From assembly GCA_965209035.1 (NCBI GenBank), contig OZ242372.1, positions 1,632,001-1,696,000 of the forward strand: a stretch of 64,000 bases of DNA, read 5' to 3'. Shown piece after piece: positions 1-8,943 of the stretch (within the stretch, counting starts at the first letter, position 1; the number at the start of each line of letters is the position of its first letter). The notes below the pieces were generated by a model that was not told the DNA's origin, searched no databases, and saw only the letters and a program-made list of their open reading frames with translations. The position numbers and the translations under genes are program-made. The stretch is from Gammaproteobacteria bacterium (lineage in GTDB: Bacteria; Pseudomonadota; Gammaproteobacteria; CBDBNL01; JAAOII01).

Positions 1-123
1 GCCGATCTTAACTCTTAAACTCTTCTTTTTTTGTAACGCGGCCGCCAGTTCCTCTCGGCTGATAACCTGCTCGCAACCCGAGCACAGAACATCCAACTGC
101 TTTTTGACGGTATCGCTAAGCAT
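1..123 (-). CDS. tyrS: Tyrosine--tRNA ligase, N-terminal fragment (runs off the window start)
   Basis: Not in the ORF track. Manual translation from ATG at 123 gives [41 protein letters not shown], the typical N-terminus of this TyrRS type just before the FDPTAPDLHLGH motif. It overlaps the stop of the upstream acyltransferase. Confidence 0.75.
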   Translation of the reverse strand, partial: MLSDTVKKQLDVLCSGCEQVISREELAAALQKKKSLRVKIG

Positions 124-1354
124 GCGCTTCCCCGATTCTCATTTTTTCCAAGACCGGGTTGGCATAAATGCGCAAATAGTCTTTTAGATATTCTTGATCC
201 ACTTTCCGCCTGATACGTTTTTGCAAATAGGGGCAAGCAATTTTCCCGATGTTAAAAAATTGTTTTGCTTTCTTAAAAGTTCCGACCGAAATCTCGCCCA
301 TTTCGGTTAAGCGTTTCAGAGCATAAAAATGCGAATTAAACAGAACATAGTTGCCGATGATCTGTCGGTCCAATTCTTTAATGATGTCTCCCAAGGTGGC
401 GTCGGCGGCCGGTCTTAATACCTTGCCGATGTTGATACGAATTTTGCCCTTGTAGCCGGAGATGCCCGCCGCCATTTCGGTCAGATGGGTTCTGTTGTCA
501 ACTTGGCCCCTCTCGGCGCCGTTTTTATTTTCCGAACGGCGTTGGCAGAGTTCGCGCGCCTTGTAGATATCGCAGGGATCATACTGGTAACTGATGGAAA
601 CCGGGCGTATGTTCAGAGACCGCAAGGCTTCGGCCGGTGAAAGTTGTTTTTCGACCGCCAACATCAGCATCTTAATGACCGCGGCTTCGGTCTTATCCCG
701 GCTGTCTTTTGCCCGCCCCTCGCGTTGTGCCAGCCAGACATTCTCTTTTTCACGTATGGCGGCGCGAATGAACTCGGACAGGGTTTTCATTTCCCGGTAA
801 ATGATCTTGGGAGACCCTGCGGAGCGTCGGACAATGAAACTGCGATTGAGTTTCATCACATCCGTGGCATACTCGTTTTGCAACAAATTATCTCCTATGC
901 CGATCATACAGATCGGTTGATGTTGGGTGTAAAAAGCATAAGAAATCAAAGCCGGGTCCACCGAGATATCGCGATGATTGGATAACAGCAAGCAGCCTTC
1001 GCCGTCTTTGCCGGGCGGCTGTTTCCACTTACAGACAATGCCCGCGGAAGAGTTTTGGAGCATCCGAAAAAAGAACCAGCCGATGACGCGCACTTGAAAA
1101 TCGCGAATGGTGCGGACATTGCGTAACCTGGCGGAAAGAAACTTGTGGCAGAAGAAGGTAACCCATCCCGGAAAACAACGATAAAGCCTCGGAAAAGCAA
1201 AGCGGGCGACCGCGGAAAAAACGGCACGCACCTTGAGTAATCTGTTAATCACCGCCGGGCATTCGGCATCCGTATAGGGACGAATGTCGGCAAACCGGGC
1301 ATCCGTCGTTCCGTATTCGGCGGGCTTGCCGGCAGGATTATTCGCCTTTTCCAT
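116..1354 (-). CDS. PlsC-like glycerol-phosphate/lysophospholipid acyltransferase family protein
   Basis: SNHRDISVD (HX4D) motif, IGIGDNL and [11 protein letters not shown]. The likely start is ATG 1354 (MEKANN), overlapping the secA end. Confidence 0.75.
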   Translation of the reverse strand: MEKANNPAGKPAEYGTTDARFADIRPYTDAECPAVINRLLKVRAVFSAVARFAFPRLYRCFPGWVTFFCHKFLSARLRNVRTIRDFQVRVIGWFFFRMLQNSSAGIVCKWKQPPGKDGEGCLLLSNHRDISVDPALISYAFYTQHQPICMIGIGDNLLQNEYATDVMKLNRSFIVRRSAGSPKIIYREMKTLSEFIRAAIREKENVWLAQREGRAKDSRDKTEAAVIKMLMLAVEKQLSPAEALRSLNIRPVSISYQYDPCDIYKARELCQRRSENKNGAERGQVDNRTHLTEMAAGISGYKGKIRINIGKVLRPAADATLGDIIKELDRQIIGNYVLFNSHFYALKRLTEMGEISVGTFKKAKQFFNIGKIACPYLQKRIRRKVDQEYLKDYLRIYANPVLEKMRIGEAHA

Positions 1355-4106
1355 GACAATTCTTGTATTTTTTGCCGGAACCGCACGGGCAGGGCGCATT
1401 GCGACCTACCTTGGGTGTGTTGCGAACATAGGTGCCGGTGCGTCGCGGCGGTTGCGGAGCATTGTTTTGTTCCGTGGCAAACCCGGAAACCGTATCATGC
1501 CGTTCCGTGATTTTCTGTTGTGGCTCTCCCGCTCCGGCGGAGGGGGCCGAGGATTGTTGTGCCACAAACACGGGGTCGCCTTTCTCGGATTTTTCCATAC
1601 GGATGTTGAACAGGATGCGCAGAGTATCCGTCCTAATGCGCTCAAGCAGACGCTCAAAGCCGATATAGGCTTCTTTTTTATACTCTTCTTTGGGGTTGCG
1701 TTGCGCGTAGCCGCGCAAATGAATTCCTTGCCGAATATATTCCATCGTCTGCAGGTGCTCGCGCCACAGGCTGTCTGTGACTTGCAACATCACTTGCCGT
1801 TCCAAGTCATTGAGCATGTTCGGCTCCATTTGCTCGTATTTTTCCCGATAGACATCGTAAATCTTTGCGGGCAAGATTTTGGCGAGTTGCTCCGTCGACT
1901 TGTCGTTTAACGCCGGATGCTGTGTCAGGTCAAACCGGAAGTTTTGATGCAGATGTTCGCGCAGCCGTTCCCGTGTTTCATCGTCCGTGATTTCCGGTTG
2001 CTCCGGCACAAACATCAGGGTTTGATCATGCACCGCTTCGGTGATGTTGCCTTTTATGACTTCGCTCATGTCCGTTATCCCGAGCAGTTCTTCCCGTTGT
2101 TTGTAAATGACAAGGCGTTGGCTGTTTGCCACATCGTCGTATTCCAACAGTTGTTTGCGTATGTCAAAGTTTCTCCCTTCCACCTTGCGTTGGGCACGCT
2201 CCACGGCTTTTGTGACCATTCGGTGTTCAATGGGTTCTCCTTTGGGCAAACCCAAGGACCGCATCATGTTCACCACCCGTTCGGAAGCGAAGATGCGCAT
2301 CAGATCGTCTTCCATGCTCAGGTAAAAACGACTGGACCCCGGGTCGCCTTGGCGGCCCGACCGACCGCGTAACTGGTTGTCTATGCGTCGCGATTCGTGA
2401 CGCTCGCTGCCGATGATATGTAACCCGCCGAGACGGATGACCTGATCGTGTCTTTTTTGCCAATCTTCTTTGACGGATTGGCGTTTGCTTTCGGCGGCAG
2501 CTGCGGGCAGTTGTGACAGATCCCGTTCCAGTAGCGACAGCTCCCGTTCGATGTTTCCGCCAAGGACAATGTCGGTGCCGCGTCCCGCCATGTTCGTGGC
2601 GATGGTCACTCGGCCGGGCATTCCCGCCCCGGCGATGATATCCGCTTCGCGCTCGTGGTTTTTGGCATTAAGGACCTCGTGCGGGATCTGTTTGCGCCGT
2701 AAATAATCCGAGAGGCGTTCGGAAGCATTCACCGATGCCGTGCCGACGAGGACCGGCTGCTGCTTGGCGATGCATTCGCCAATGTCCGCAACCATAGCAT
2801 CGTATTTTTCCGGTTCGGTCATAAAAATCAGATCATTCCGATCCGCGCGAACCATCGGTTTGTGCGTCGGCGCCACCACAACTTCCAAATCGTAGATCTG
2901 CCGAAACTCATAGGCTTCGGTATCCGCCGTGCCGGTCATACCCGCAAGAATATCGTAAAGACGAAAGTAATTCTGAAAGGTGATGCTTGCCAGAGTCCGG
3001 TTTTCACGCTGAATTTCCAATCCTTCTTTTGCTTCCACCGCCTGGTGAATGCCCTCGGACCATCTTCGCCCGGGCAACGCCCGACCGGTGTGTTCGTCCA
3101 CTATGACAACCTGACCGTTCTGCACCAGATAGGCAACATCGCGCTTGTAAAGATGATGCGCTTTCAGAGCCGCTTGCACATGATGCAACAGGTAAAGTGC
3201 CGAACTGCCGTAGAGGCTTTCGCCTGCTTTGAGAAGGTCGGCTGCCGTGAGCAGTCTTTCCATTTTGTCGTGCCCGGCATCGGTTAATTCTATGGTATTG
3301 TTTTTTTCGTCCGTAAAAAAGTCACCTTCTTCCAGCACCTCGTTTGCTTCGTTGCGTTTTGCCGGTTTCATCTCGGGAATGAGGCGGTTTATTTTTTGGT
3401 AGACTTCCCGGCTTTCGCTACGCGGTCCCGAAATGATCAAGGGTGTGCGTGCTTCGTCAATGAGTATGGAATCCACCTCATCCACGATCGCATAATAGGT
3501 GTTACGCTGCGCCCGCTGCTCCGGCCGAGTTGCCAGATTATCCCGCAGATAATCAAAACCGAACTCGTTGTTTGTGCCATAGGTGATGTCGGCCGCATAG
3601 GCGTCTCTCTTTTCCTCGTGTGTTTGACCGGAATGTACCACGCCCACACTGAGACCGAGAGGCCGGTAAAGACGTCCCATCCATTCGGCATCTCGCTTGG
3701 CGAGGTAATCGTTCACTGTGACGATATGCACTCCCCGGTCGGTCAGAGCGTGCAAATAGGCGGGCAGGGTGGCCACCAGCGTCTTGCCTTCGCCTGTGCG
3801 CATTTCGGCAATTCTGCCTTCGTGCAGAATTAACCCGCCAAGCAACTGCACATCAAAATGCCGCATATTTAAGTGGCGTTTGCCGCCTTCGCGCACCGTG
3901 GCAAATGCCCGCGGCAACAGACTGTCCAAACTTGCCCCCTGCATGTGTTCTGCGCGCAGTTTGGCAAACTGCCCGGCAAGATCTTCGTCACTCAGACGGG
4001 CAATCTCATCCTCAAGTTGATTGATTTGGATCACCTGCGAACGCATTTTCTTAAGAATGCGTTCGTTATGCGAACCAAATACGGATTTTAGTAAATTGTC
4101 AAACAT
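1338..4106 (-). CDS. secA: Preprotein translocase ATPase SecA
   Basis: [37 protein letters not shown] and C-terminal SEC-C motif [19 protein letters not shown]. The likely start is MFDNLLK at 4106. Confidence 0.99.
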   Translation of the reverse strand: MFDNLLKSVFGSHNERILKKMRSQVIQINQLEDEIARLSDEDLAGQFAKLRAEHMQGASLDSLLPRAFATVREGGKRHLNMRHFDVQLLGGLILHEGRIAEMRTGEGKTLVATLPAYLHALTDRGVHIVTVNDYLAKRDAEWMGRLYRPLGLSVGVVHSGQTHEEKRDAYAADITYGTNNEFGFDYLRDNLATRPEQRAQRNTYYAIVDEVDSILIDEARTPLIISGPRSESREVYQKINRLIPEMKPAKRNEANEVLEEGDFFTDEKNNTIELTDAGHDKMERLLTAADLLKAGESLYGSSALYLLHHVQAALKAHHLYKRDVAYLVQNGQVVIVDEHTGRALPGRRWSEGIHQAVEAKEGLEIQRENRTLASITFQNYFRLYDILAGMTGTADTEAYEFRQIYDLEVVVAPTHKPMVRADRNDLIFMTEPEKYDAMVADIGECIAKQQPVLVGTASVNASERLSDYLRRKQIPHEVLNAKNHEREADIIAGAGMPGRVTIATNMAGRGTDIVLGGNIERELSLLERDLSQLPAAAAESKRQSVKEDWQKRHDQVIRLGGLHIIGSERHESRRIDNQLRGRSGRQGDPGSSRFYLSMEDDLMRIFASERVVNMMRSLGLPKGEPIEHRMVTKAVERAQRKVEGRNFDIRKQLLEYDDVANSQRLVIYKQREELLGITDMSEVIKGNITEAVHDQTLMFVPEQPEITDDETRERLREHLHQNFRFDLTQHPALNDKSTEQLAKILPAKIYDVYREKYEQMEPNMLNDLERQVMLQVTDSLWREHLQTMEYIRQGIHLRGYAQRNPKEEYKKEAYIGFERLLERIRTDTLRILFNIRMEKSEKGDPVFVAQQSSAPSAGAGEPQQKITERHDTVSGFATEQNNAPQPPRRTGTYVRNTPKVGRNAPCPCGSGKKYKNCHGKGE

Positions 4107-4361
4107 ATGAATCGTAATGATATAAAAAATACTCGCCCGGTACACTAAAGAAGCACATTAAAGAAAGAAGCACACTGAACCGGCACCCGAGAAAGTATTT
4201 GCTTTTATTTTATCAAAAAGCAAGGTTTTAAAAACAAGAAGAGACGCCCGTTTCGCATTAATCCTGTCTCCGACTGCCAATACCGGACAGAAAGCGAGAT
4301 GTCAGTGAGTTGTTTCTTTTACGGCGTCCCCGGAAATATTATGATTAAAAGCTCTTGATTG

Positions 4362-4859
4362 TTAATCGTCGGCCAAACGCTTTGCTAAGTTTGTAATGGT
4401 GCGGGGTATTCCTTGAAAAGTAATGACAGCCGCCGCCAACAAAATAAAAGGGAGTGTGGAAATGATAACATCATCAATATTCTGTGAGTCCAACTTAATG
4501 ATGTTCCAAGATTCGGGCAAATAGCCCATGACGATGGATGATGAATAATAAAAAAGAAAAGAGATCACGACTAAATGAAAAAAGAAGGCAACCGCTATTC
4601 GTAACCAGTGAGTCCAACTTTGAACTACGATGTTTCGCCTTGTCGTCAGTTGCTTTTGTAATATATCAATGTCCTTGAATTCTTTATCTGATAATTGTTG
4701 ATTTGAAAGTTGTCCTCTTTTTTCTGCCAATTTTTGATCAGGGTCATAGGGAAGTAGTTTGTTTGTTCCCGACCGGTTGTTTCGGAGTGATTTTCTTAAA
4801 CCTGTAAAACTTTTGGGTTGCCCCGGTAATTCGCCTTGCTTTGGCCGCTTTGACATCAC
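4362..4859 (-). CDS. Hypothetical two-TM membrane protein, putative toxin of the Panacea antitoxin
   Basis: 165 aa with a basic hydrophilic N-half and two hydrophobic segments (IAVAFFFHLVVISFLFYYSSSIVMG; IIISTLPFILLAAAVITF-like). It starts 15 bp downstream of the Panacea gene on the same strand. Confidence 0.6.
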   Translation of the reverse strand: MMSKRPKQGELPGQPKSFTGLRKSLRNNRSGTNKLLPYDPDQKLAEKRGQLSNQQLSDKEFKDIDILQKQLTTRRNIVVQSWTHWLRIAVAFFFHLVVISFLFYYSSSIVMGYLPESWNIIKLDSQNIDDVIISTLPFILLAAAVITFQGIPRTITNLAKRLADD

Positions 4860-4874
4860 CGGTTTTAGAGTGAA

Positions 4875-5408
4875 TTATTCGGAGATGCCATCTTCTTGCT
4901 CTTCTCGCTCTTGTTGCTCAAGTTTCTTTTGCCAACGACTGCCATAGTATTCTTTCATAACATCATCATCAACAATAGCGGACTTCAAGTTCACTTGTTC
5001 CCAGGGGCTTCCCGGTGCATGACATATATCGGACAACTTGATGCCTTTATATTCTTTGTAATCTTCCCAGACAGCATCCAACAGGACTTGAATTTCTTCC
5101 GGGAACTTGAGGTCTTCATCATAATAGCTCGCGAACCAATTTGTCGGCACCTCGTTTGTTGAGGTATTCTTAACGGAATAATACAGTTTTCTTATGACAG
5201 GACCATAAGGCCAGGCTTCTATCTGCTCTTTGATTAAGGGTTCGTTATAGACACCCAAGCACCAGCCGTGTGCCAGGTACACCAACTTGAGCACCTGCAA
5301 TCTGTCGAGAGACTTCCCTTCCTGTCTTGCTTTGGTAAGCATATAGGTCGCGATTTCTCGGCTGTCATAAAGACCATCGCGGCGAACCTTATCTTTTTTG
5401 TTTTTCAT
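4875..5408 (-). CDS. Panacea-domain (DUF4065/SocA-like) antitoxin, copy 1
   Basis: YDSREIATYML...LQVLKLVYLAHGW...PLIKEQIEAWPYGPVIRKLY...LSDICHAPGSPW, including the hallmark GPV motif. Confidence 0.9.
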   Translation of the reverse strand: MKNKKDKVRRDGLYDSREIATYMLTKARQEGKSLDRLQVLKLVYLAHGWCLGVYNEPLIKEQIEAWPYGPVIRKLYYSVKNTSTNEVPTNWFASYYDEDLKFPEEIQVLLDAVWEDYKEYKGIKLSDICHAPGSPWEQVNLKSAIVDDDVMKEYYGSRWQKKLEQQEREEQEDGISE

Positions 5409-5432
5409 CGCTTCTTTTAATTGTATACTGAT

Positions 5433-5460
5433 ATTATAAAGTTTAAACTTAATATTTCAA
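5433..5460 (-). promoter_or_regulatory. Sigma70-type promoter of Panacea copy 1, with a palindrome in the spacer
   Basis: The minus strand reads TTGAAA-N16-TATAAT about 25 bp upstream of the ATG. The spacer contains the perfect palindrome AAGTTTAAACTT (5439-5450). Confidence 0.7.
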
Positions 5461-5549
5461 CAGCCGGGTTATTTATTCTTTCCTTTGTCCAATCTGTGAC
5501 TCATTACGAAGCGAGATTTTTGCCAATCCTTAAAAGACGGACGGGCTTG

Positions 5550-5674
5550 CATTTTGAACCCCACCTCTTTTTTAGCAATGACCAACGCAAACTGGTTTAC
5601 CAGCCGATTACCCGGGCGGGAAGCAGCAGTATTCTTTCCTACATGCCCGGGCGAAAAACAATAAAAGAGCAAAT
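5550..5674 (+). pseudogene. Truncated 5' fragment of the sulfotransferase gene
   Basis: Encodes HFEPHLFFSNDQRKLVYQPITRAGSSSILSYMPGRKTIKEQ, a diverged copy of 6562-6686. The start-codon region is deleted and the 3' end is cut at the duplication junction. Confidence 0.85.
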
Positions 5675-5713
5675 TTGCTTTGGCCGCTTTGACATCACCG
5701 GTTTTAGAGTGAA

Positions 5714-6250
5714 TTACTCGGAGATACCATCTTCTCGCTCTTGTGACTCAAGTTTCTTTTGCCAACGACTGCCATAGTATTCTTTCATAACATCATCATC
5801 AACAATAGCGGACTTCAAGTTCACTTGTTCCCAGGGGCTTCCCGGTGCATGACATATATCGGACAACTTGATGCCTTTATATTCTTTGTAATCTTCCCAG
5901 ACAGCATCCAACAGGACTTGAATTTCTTCCGGGAACTTGAGGTCTTCATCATAATAACTCGCGAACCAATTTGTCGGCACCTCGTTTGTTGGGGTATTCT
6001 TAACGGAATAATACAGTTTTCTTATGGTAGGACCATAAGGCCAGGCTTCTATCTGCTCTTTGATTAAGGGTTCGTCATAGACACCCAAGCACCAGCCGTG
6101 TGCCAGGTACACCAACTTGAGCACCTGCAATCTGTCGAGAGACTTCCCTTCCTGTCTTGCTTTGGTAAGCATATAGGTCGCGATCTCTTGGCTTTCATAA
6201 AGACCGGCACGGCGAACCTTATCTTTTTTATTTTTCATCGCTTTTTTCAT
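5714..6250 (-). CDS. Panacea-domain (DUF4065/SocA-like) antitoxin, copy 2 (GPT variant)
   Basis: Near-identical to copy 1, but the motif reads WPYGPTI. It is followed only by an 8-codon stub of the toxin gene. Confidence 0.88.
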   Translation of the reverse strand: MKKAMKNKKDKVRRAGLYESQEIATYMLTKARQEGKSLDRLQVLKLVYLAHGWCLGVYDEPLIKEQIEAWPYGPTIRKLYYSVKNTPTNEVPTNWFASYYDEDLKFPEEIQVLLDAVWEDYKEYKGIKLSDICHAPGSPWEQVNLKSAIVDDDVMKEYYGSRWQKKLESQEREDGISE

Positions 6251-6273
6251 CTCTTCTTTAATTGTATACTGAT

Positions 6274-6301
6274 ATTATAAAGTTTAAACTTAATATTTCA
6301 A
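6274..6301 (-). promoter_or_regulatory. Sigma70-type promoter of Panacea copy 2
   Basis: Identical to 5433-5460, with the palindrome at 6280-6291. Confidence 0.7.
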
Positions 6302-6441
6302 CAGCCGGGTTATTTATTCTTTCCTTTGTCCAATCTGTGACTCATTACGAAGCGAGATTTTTGCCAATCCTTAAAAGACGGACGGGCTTGCATTGCCTGC
6401 ATCTTTTGTGGCAGCAGGCCCGGGCTGCAACGAATAACAGA

Positions 6442-7218
6442 ATGTCCGCCATAAGGGTTTCGGCTTTCATTCTCGCCGGCTGCCCTCCTTTAATGGGTGG
6501 CGACAAGACGGAGAAGATCATCGCCGCCAACCGGCGATTGGCATTTTACCGGGCATTTCGTCATTTTGAACCCCATCTCTTTTTTAGCGATGACCAACGC
6601 AAACTGGTTTACCAGCCGATTACCCGGGCGGCAAGCAGCAGTATTCTTGCTTATATGTCCGGGCAAAAAACAATAAAAGATCAAATGGGTCAGCCGGGGG
6701 TTCGGGTGATAACGGAAAGAGATCTTCTGCGGCGCTATGTGTCCGAGGGCTATTTTATTTTTTCGTTCGTTCGCAACCCCTATTCCAGGTTGGTCTCTTT
6801 TTTCCGGCAGAAATACAAGTACGATGCCGACGACGGCTTTTACCATTCCACGGGGTTCAACGCAAGGGGCGGGTTGGAGAGGGTCCGCTCTTTTGCCGAC
6901 CTGGTGCGCAGAATAAGATATATTCCGGACAGCGTGATTGACCGGCATCTTCTGCCGCAAAGTCGGATCTTGTATCCGTTTCCCTATCACAAAGAGTTTG
7001 TGCATTATGTCGGCAAGACAGAGAATCTGCCCGCCGACTTTAAGAAAATACAAGCACACTATGGCAACGGCAACCGCCCGCTTGGAGTTCGGATTAACAG
7101 CACCGGCGCCGGGCCGGAAGCATGGCGGTCTTATTACAATCATCGCTTGGCGGATATGGTTTACAAAAGATACGCAAGTGACTTTGCCGAATTCGGTTAT
7201 AGTCGGCGGGTTCAATAA
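6442..7218 (+). CDS. Sulfotransferase family 2 protein
   Basis: 5'-PSB-like VYQPITRAASSSI, 3'-PB FSFVRNPYSRLVS, HLLPQ, YVGKTENL and YASDFAEFGY. The start is uncertain (6442 or 6493). Confidence 0.85.
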   Translation: MSAIRVSAFILAGCPPLMGGDKTEKIIAANRRLAFYRAFRHFEPHLFFSDDQRKLVYQPITRAASSSILAYMSGQKTIKDQMGQPGVRVITERDLLRRYVSEGYFIFSFVRNPYSRLVSFFRQKYKYDADDGFYHSTGFNARGGLERVRSFADLVRRIRYIPDSVIDRHLLPQSRILYPFPYHKEFVHYVGKTENLPADFKKIQAHYGNGNRPLGVRINSTGAGPEAWRSYYNHRLADMVYKRYASDFAEFGYSRRVQ

Positions 7219-7279
7219 CAGCATTAATAGCACGCGCACCGCACAAGAATCATTCGGGACCGTTCGGTGCATCGGTTGT

Positions 7280-7373
7280 CCGGATAGGGCCGGATGAACC
7301 CGGATGGGCCTAGATGGGTATTGCACCCGGCACCGGTTGGAGGTGCTTGTTTGCTTGCTCGCTTGCTTGCTTG
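7280..7373. repeat. Short tandem repeats between convergent genes (4 x 10-bp CCGGATRRRC-like units, then GCTT-like tetramers)
   Basis: ccggataggg/ccggatgaac/ccggatgggc/ctagatggg, and gcttgtttgcttgctcgcttgcttgcttg. Confidence 0.7.
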
Positions 7374-7389
7374 GATGCGTTTTGGGTTA

Positions 7390-8637
7390 TTAAGAGTGGG
7401 CGGGTAACTGCTTCGGCAGTCGCTTAAAACCGCGCCGGGCGATCCGCGGCAAGCCGTTGTGATAGGTGGGATAGGCTTCCCCTTGGATAAGCGGCAGTAT
7501 ATGCTCCCTGGCGGCTTCGCTAATAGTGTACCTGTCTTTGTTGATATAATCAGCCGGCAGGAAGCGTTCCGAATTCGCCACAAGATCAAGCGAAACGGCA
7601 TCCGTTTTCCATTTGTAAGGAAACGAAGACTGCCGAACGATCACCGGCATGATACTGCGTTTCCCGCTCACCGCATATTCCACCGCAGCCTTGCCGACCG
7701 CATAGGCATGGTCATAGTCCACTTGCGAACTCAGATGGCGTGCCGAGCGTTGCAGATAATCCGACACCACACAATGATACTTGTAATTCAGGAGTTGCTT
7801 GATAAGAACCGCCAAGATGCTCGAGGCGCCGCCGAGTTCCGTGCCGCCAAACTTGCCCTTGCCCGCACTCAGGTATTCGCCGTCTGTTCCGCGCGCACCT
7901 TCCGCCACGATGATAACGCAATAACCGATGTGTTGCACACAATGTTTGATCTTATCCATCAGTTCCAACTTATTCAAAGGGATTTCCGGAAAGATGATCA
8001 AATGCGGCGGCGCCTTACTATGTTGGCGTGCCAGACCGGCCGCGGCCGCAATCCAACCGGCGTGTCGTCCCATCACTTCTATCAGTAAAACCTTGGTGGA
8101 TGTCGTATACATCGCGGCAACATCCTGCCCCGATTCCAAAGCGGACACGGCCGTGAACTTGGCAACCGAGCCATAGCCCGGGCAGTTGTCGGTGTGATCC
8201 AGATCATTGTCTATGGTTTTGGGAATGCCTATGCAGGATACGGGGAAATTGTTTTCGGTGCAATAGTCGGAGAGTTTGTTGGCAGCATCCATCGAACCGC
8301 CGCCGCCGTTATACAAAAAATATCCAATCTTGTGCGCCTTAAAAATTGCGAGCAGCCGCCTGTATTCCCGATCATCTTCCTGCGGCGGCGGCATTCTGTG
8401 TCTGCCGGAACCGAAGATCCCGCCGGGAGCCTGTTTCATATCGTCTATCTTGTCCTGTGGCTCGTCCGTGACATCATAAATGTCTTCGTTCAACAGTCCT
8501 CTGATGCCGTGTGCCGCCGCGTAGATTCTTCCGATTTTATCGGGGTGCAGTTTGGCGGTTTCTATGACACTCGCCGCCGAAACATTAATGACGGAGGACA
8601 CACCGCCGGACTGGACATAAATCAGATTTTTATTCAT
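7390..8637 (-). CDS. pfkA: 6-phosphofructokinase (PfkA/Pfp family)
   Basis: QSGG, YNGGGGS, PKTIDND, EVMGRHAGW and YLQRSARH. Confidence 0.93.
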   Translation of the reverse strand: MNKNLIYVQSGGVSSVINVSAASVIETAKLHPDKIGRIYAAAHGIRGLLNEDIYDVTDEPQDKIDDMKQAPGGIFGSGRHRMPPPQEDDREYRRLLAIFKAHKIGYFLYNGGGGSMDAANKLSDYCTENNFPVSCIGIPKTIDNDLDHTDNCPGYGSVAKFTAVSALESGQDVAAMYTTSTKVLLIEVMGRHAGWIAAAAGLARQHSKAPPHLIIFPEIPLNKLELMDKIKHCVQHIGYCVIIVAEGARGTDGEYLSAGKGKFGGTELGGASSILAVLIKQLLNYKYHCVVSDYLQRSARHLSSQVDYDHAYAVGKAAVEYAVSGKRSIMPVIVRQSSFPYKWKTDAVSLDLVANSERFLPADYINKDRYTISEAAREHILPLIQGEAYPTYHNGLPRIARRGFKRLPKQLPAHS

Positions 8638-8742
8638 TTTTCAATTATTATAAGAAGCCCGAGTGCTGTTAATGGCACGACAGGGTCTGCCCGAACCCAT
8701 CCGGAGTCAATCTCGGGATCCAATCCGGGGCATCGGTTCCGG

Positions 8743-8823
8743 CAAGATGCCTCAACAAGGCGCCCGACAAGGCACCGCGACAAGGTGCCTTGACAAGGCG
8801 CCGCGACAAGGCGTCTCGACAAG
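8743..8823. repeat. Degenerate 12-13 bp tandem repeat (CAAGGYGCCYCGA-like, about 6 units)
   Basis: caagatgcctcaa/caaggcgcccga/caaggcaccgcga/caaggtgccttga/caaggcgccgcga/caaggcgtctcga/caag. Confidence 0.85.
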
Positions 8824-8943
8824 AAGGTGATTCATTCAACTGCCGCAATTAACTGCCGTCAGGCCCCCCGATATTCCCGGCTGCCTGCAAGCCGCGTGCG
8901 TTTTTATGCGTTTTGATTGTTGCTTATCCTTTAAGTAAAGCTT

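Larger units (their letters stand above)
4836..6686. repeat. Imperfect tandem duplication (unit 1 about 4836-5674; unit 2 about 5675-6686)
   Basis: TTGCTTTGGCCGCTTTGACATCACC begins at 4836 and at 5675. Both units contain the Panacea gene, its promoter and the 5' part of the sulfotransferase. Unit 1 lacks the 171 bp at 6395-6565. Confidence 0.95.

Noticed and set aside
4243-4329. Possible structured leader or secM-like element upstream of secA
   Set aside because: There are only short, interrupted complementary segments, and no recognisable leader ORF or RNA family.
5421-5777. 118-aa ORF starting MYTDIIK, and the same N-terminal extension of ORF 6262-7218
   Set aside because: It starts at a TTG inside the antitoxin promoter and is a chimera of intergenic DNA, the sulfotransferase fragment and antisense antitoxin sequence.
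8743-8823. Possible mini-CRISPR array; the 42-bp and 120-bp repeats were also considered
   Set aside because: The units are contiguous with no unique ~30-bp spacers, the longer repeats are in-frame coding, and there are no cas genes in the window.
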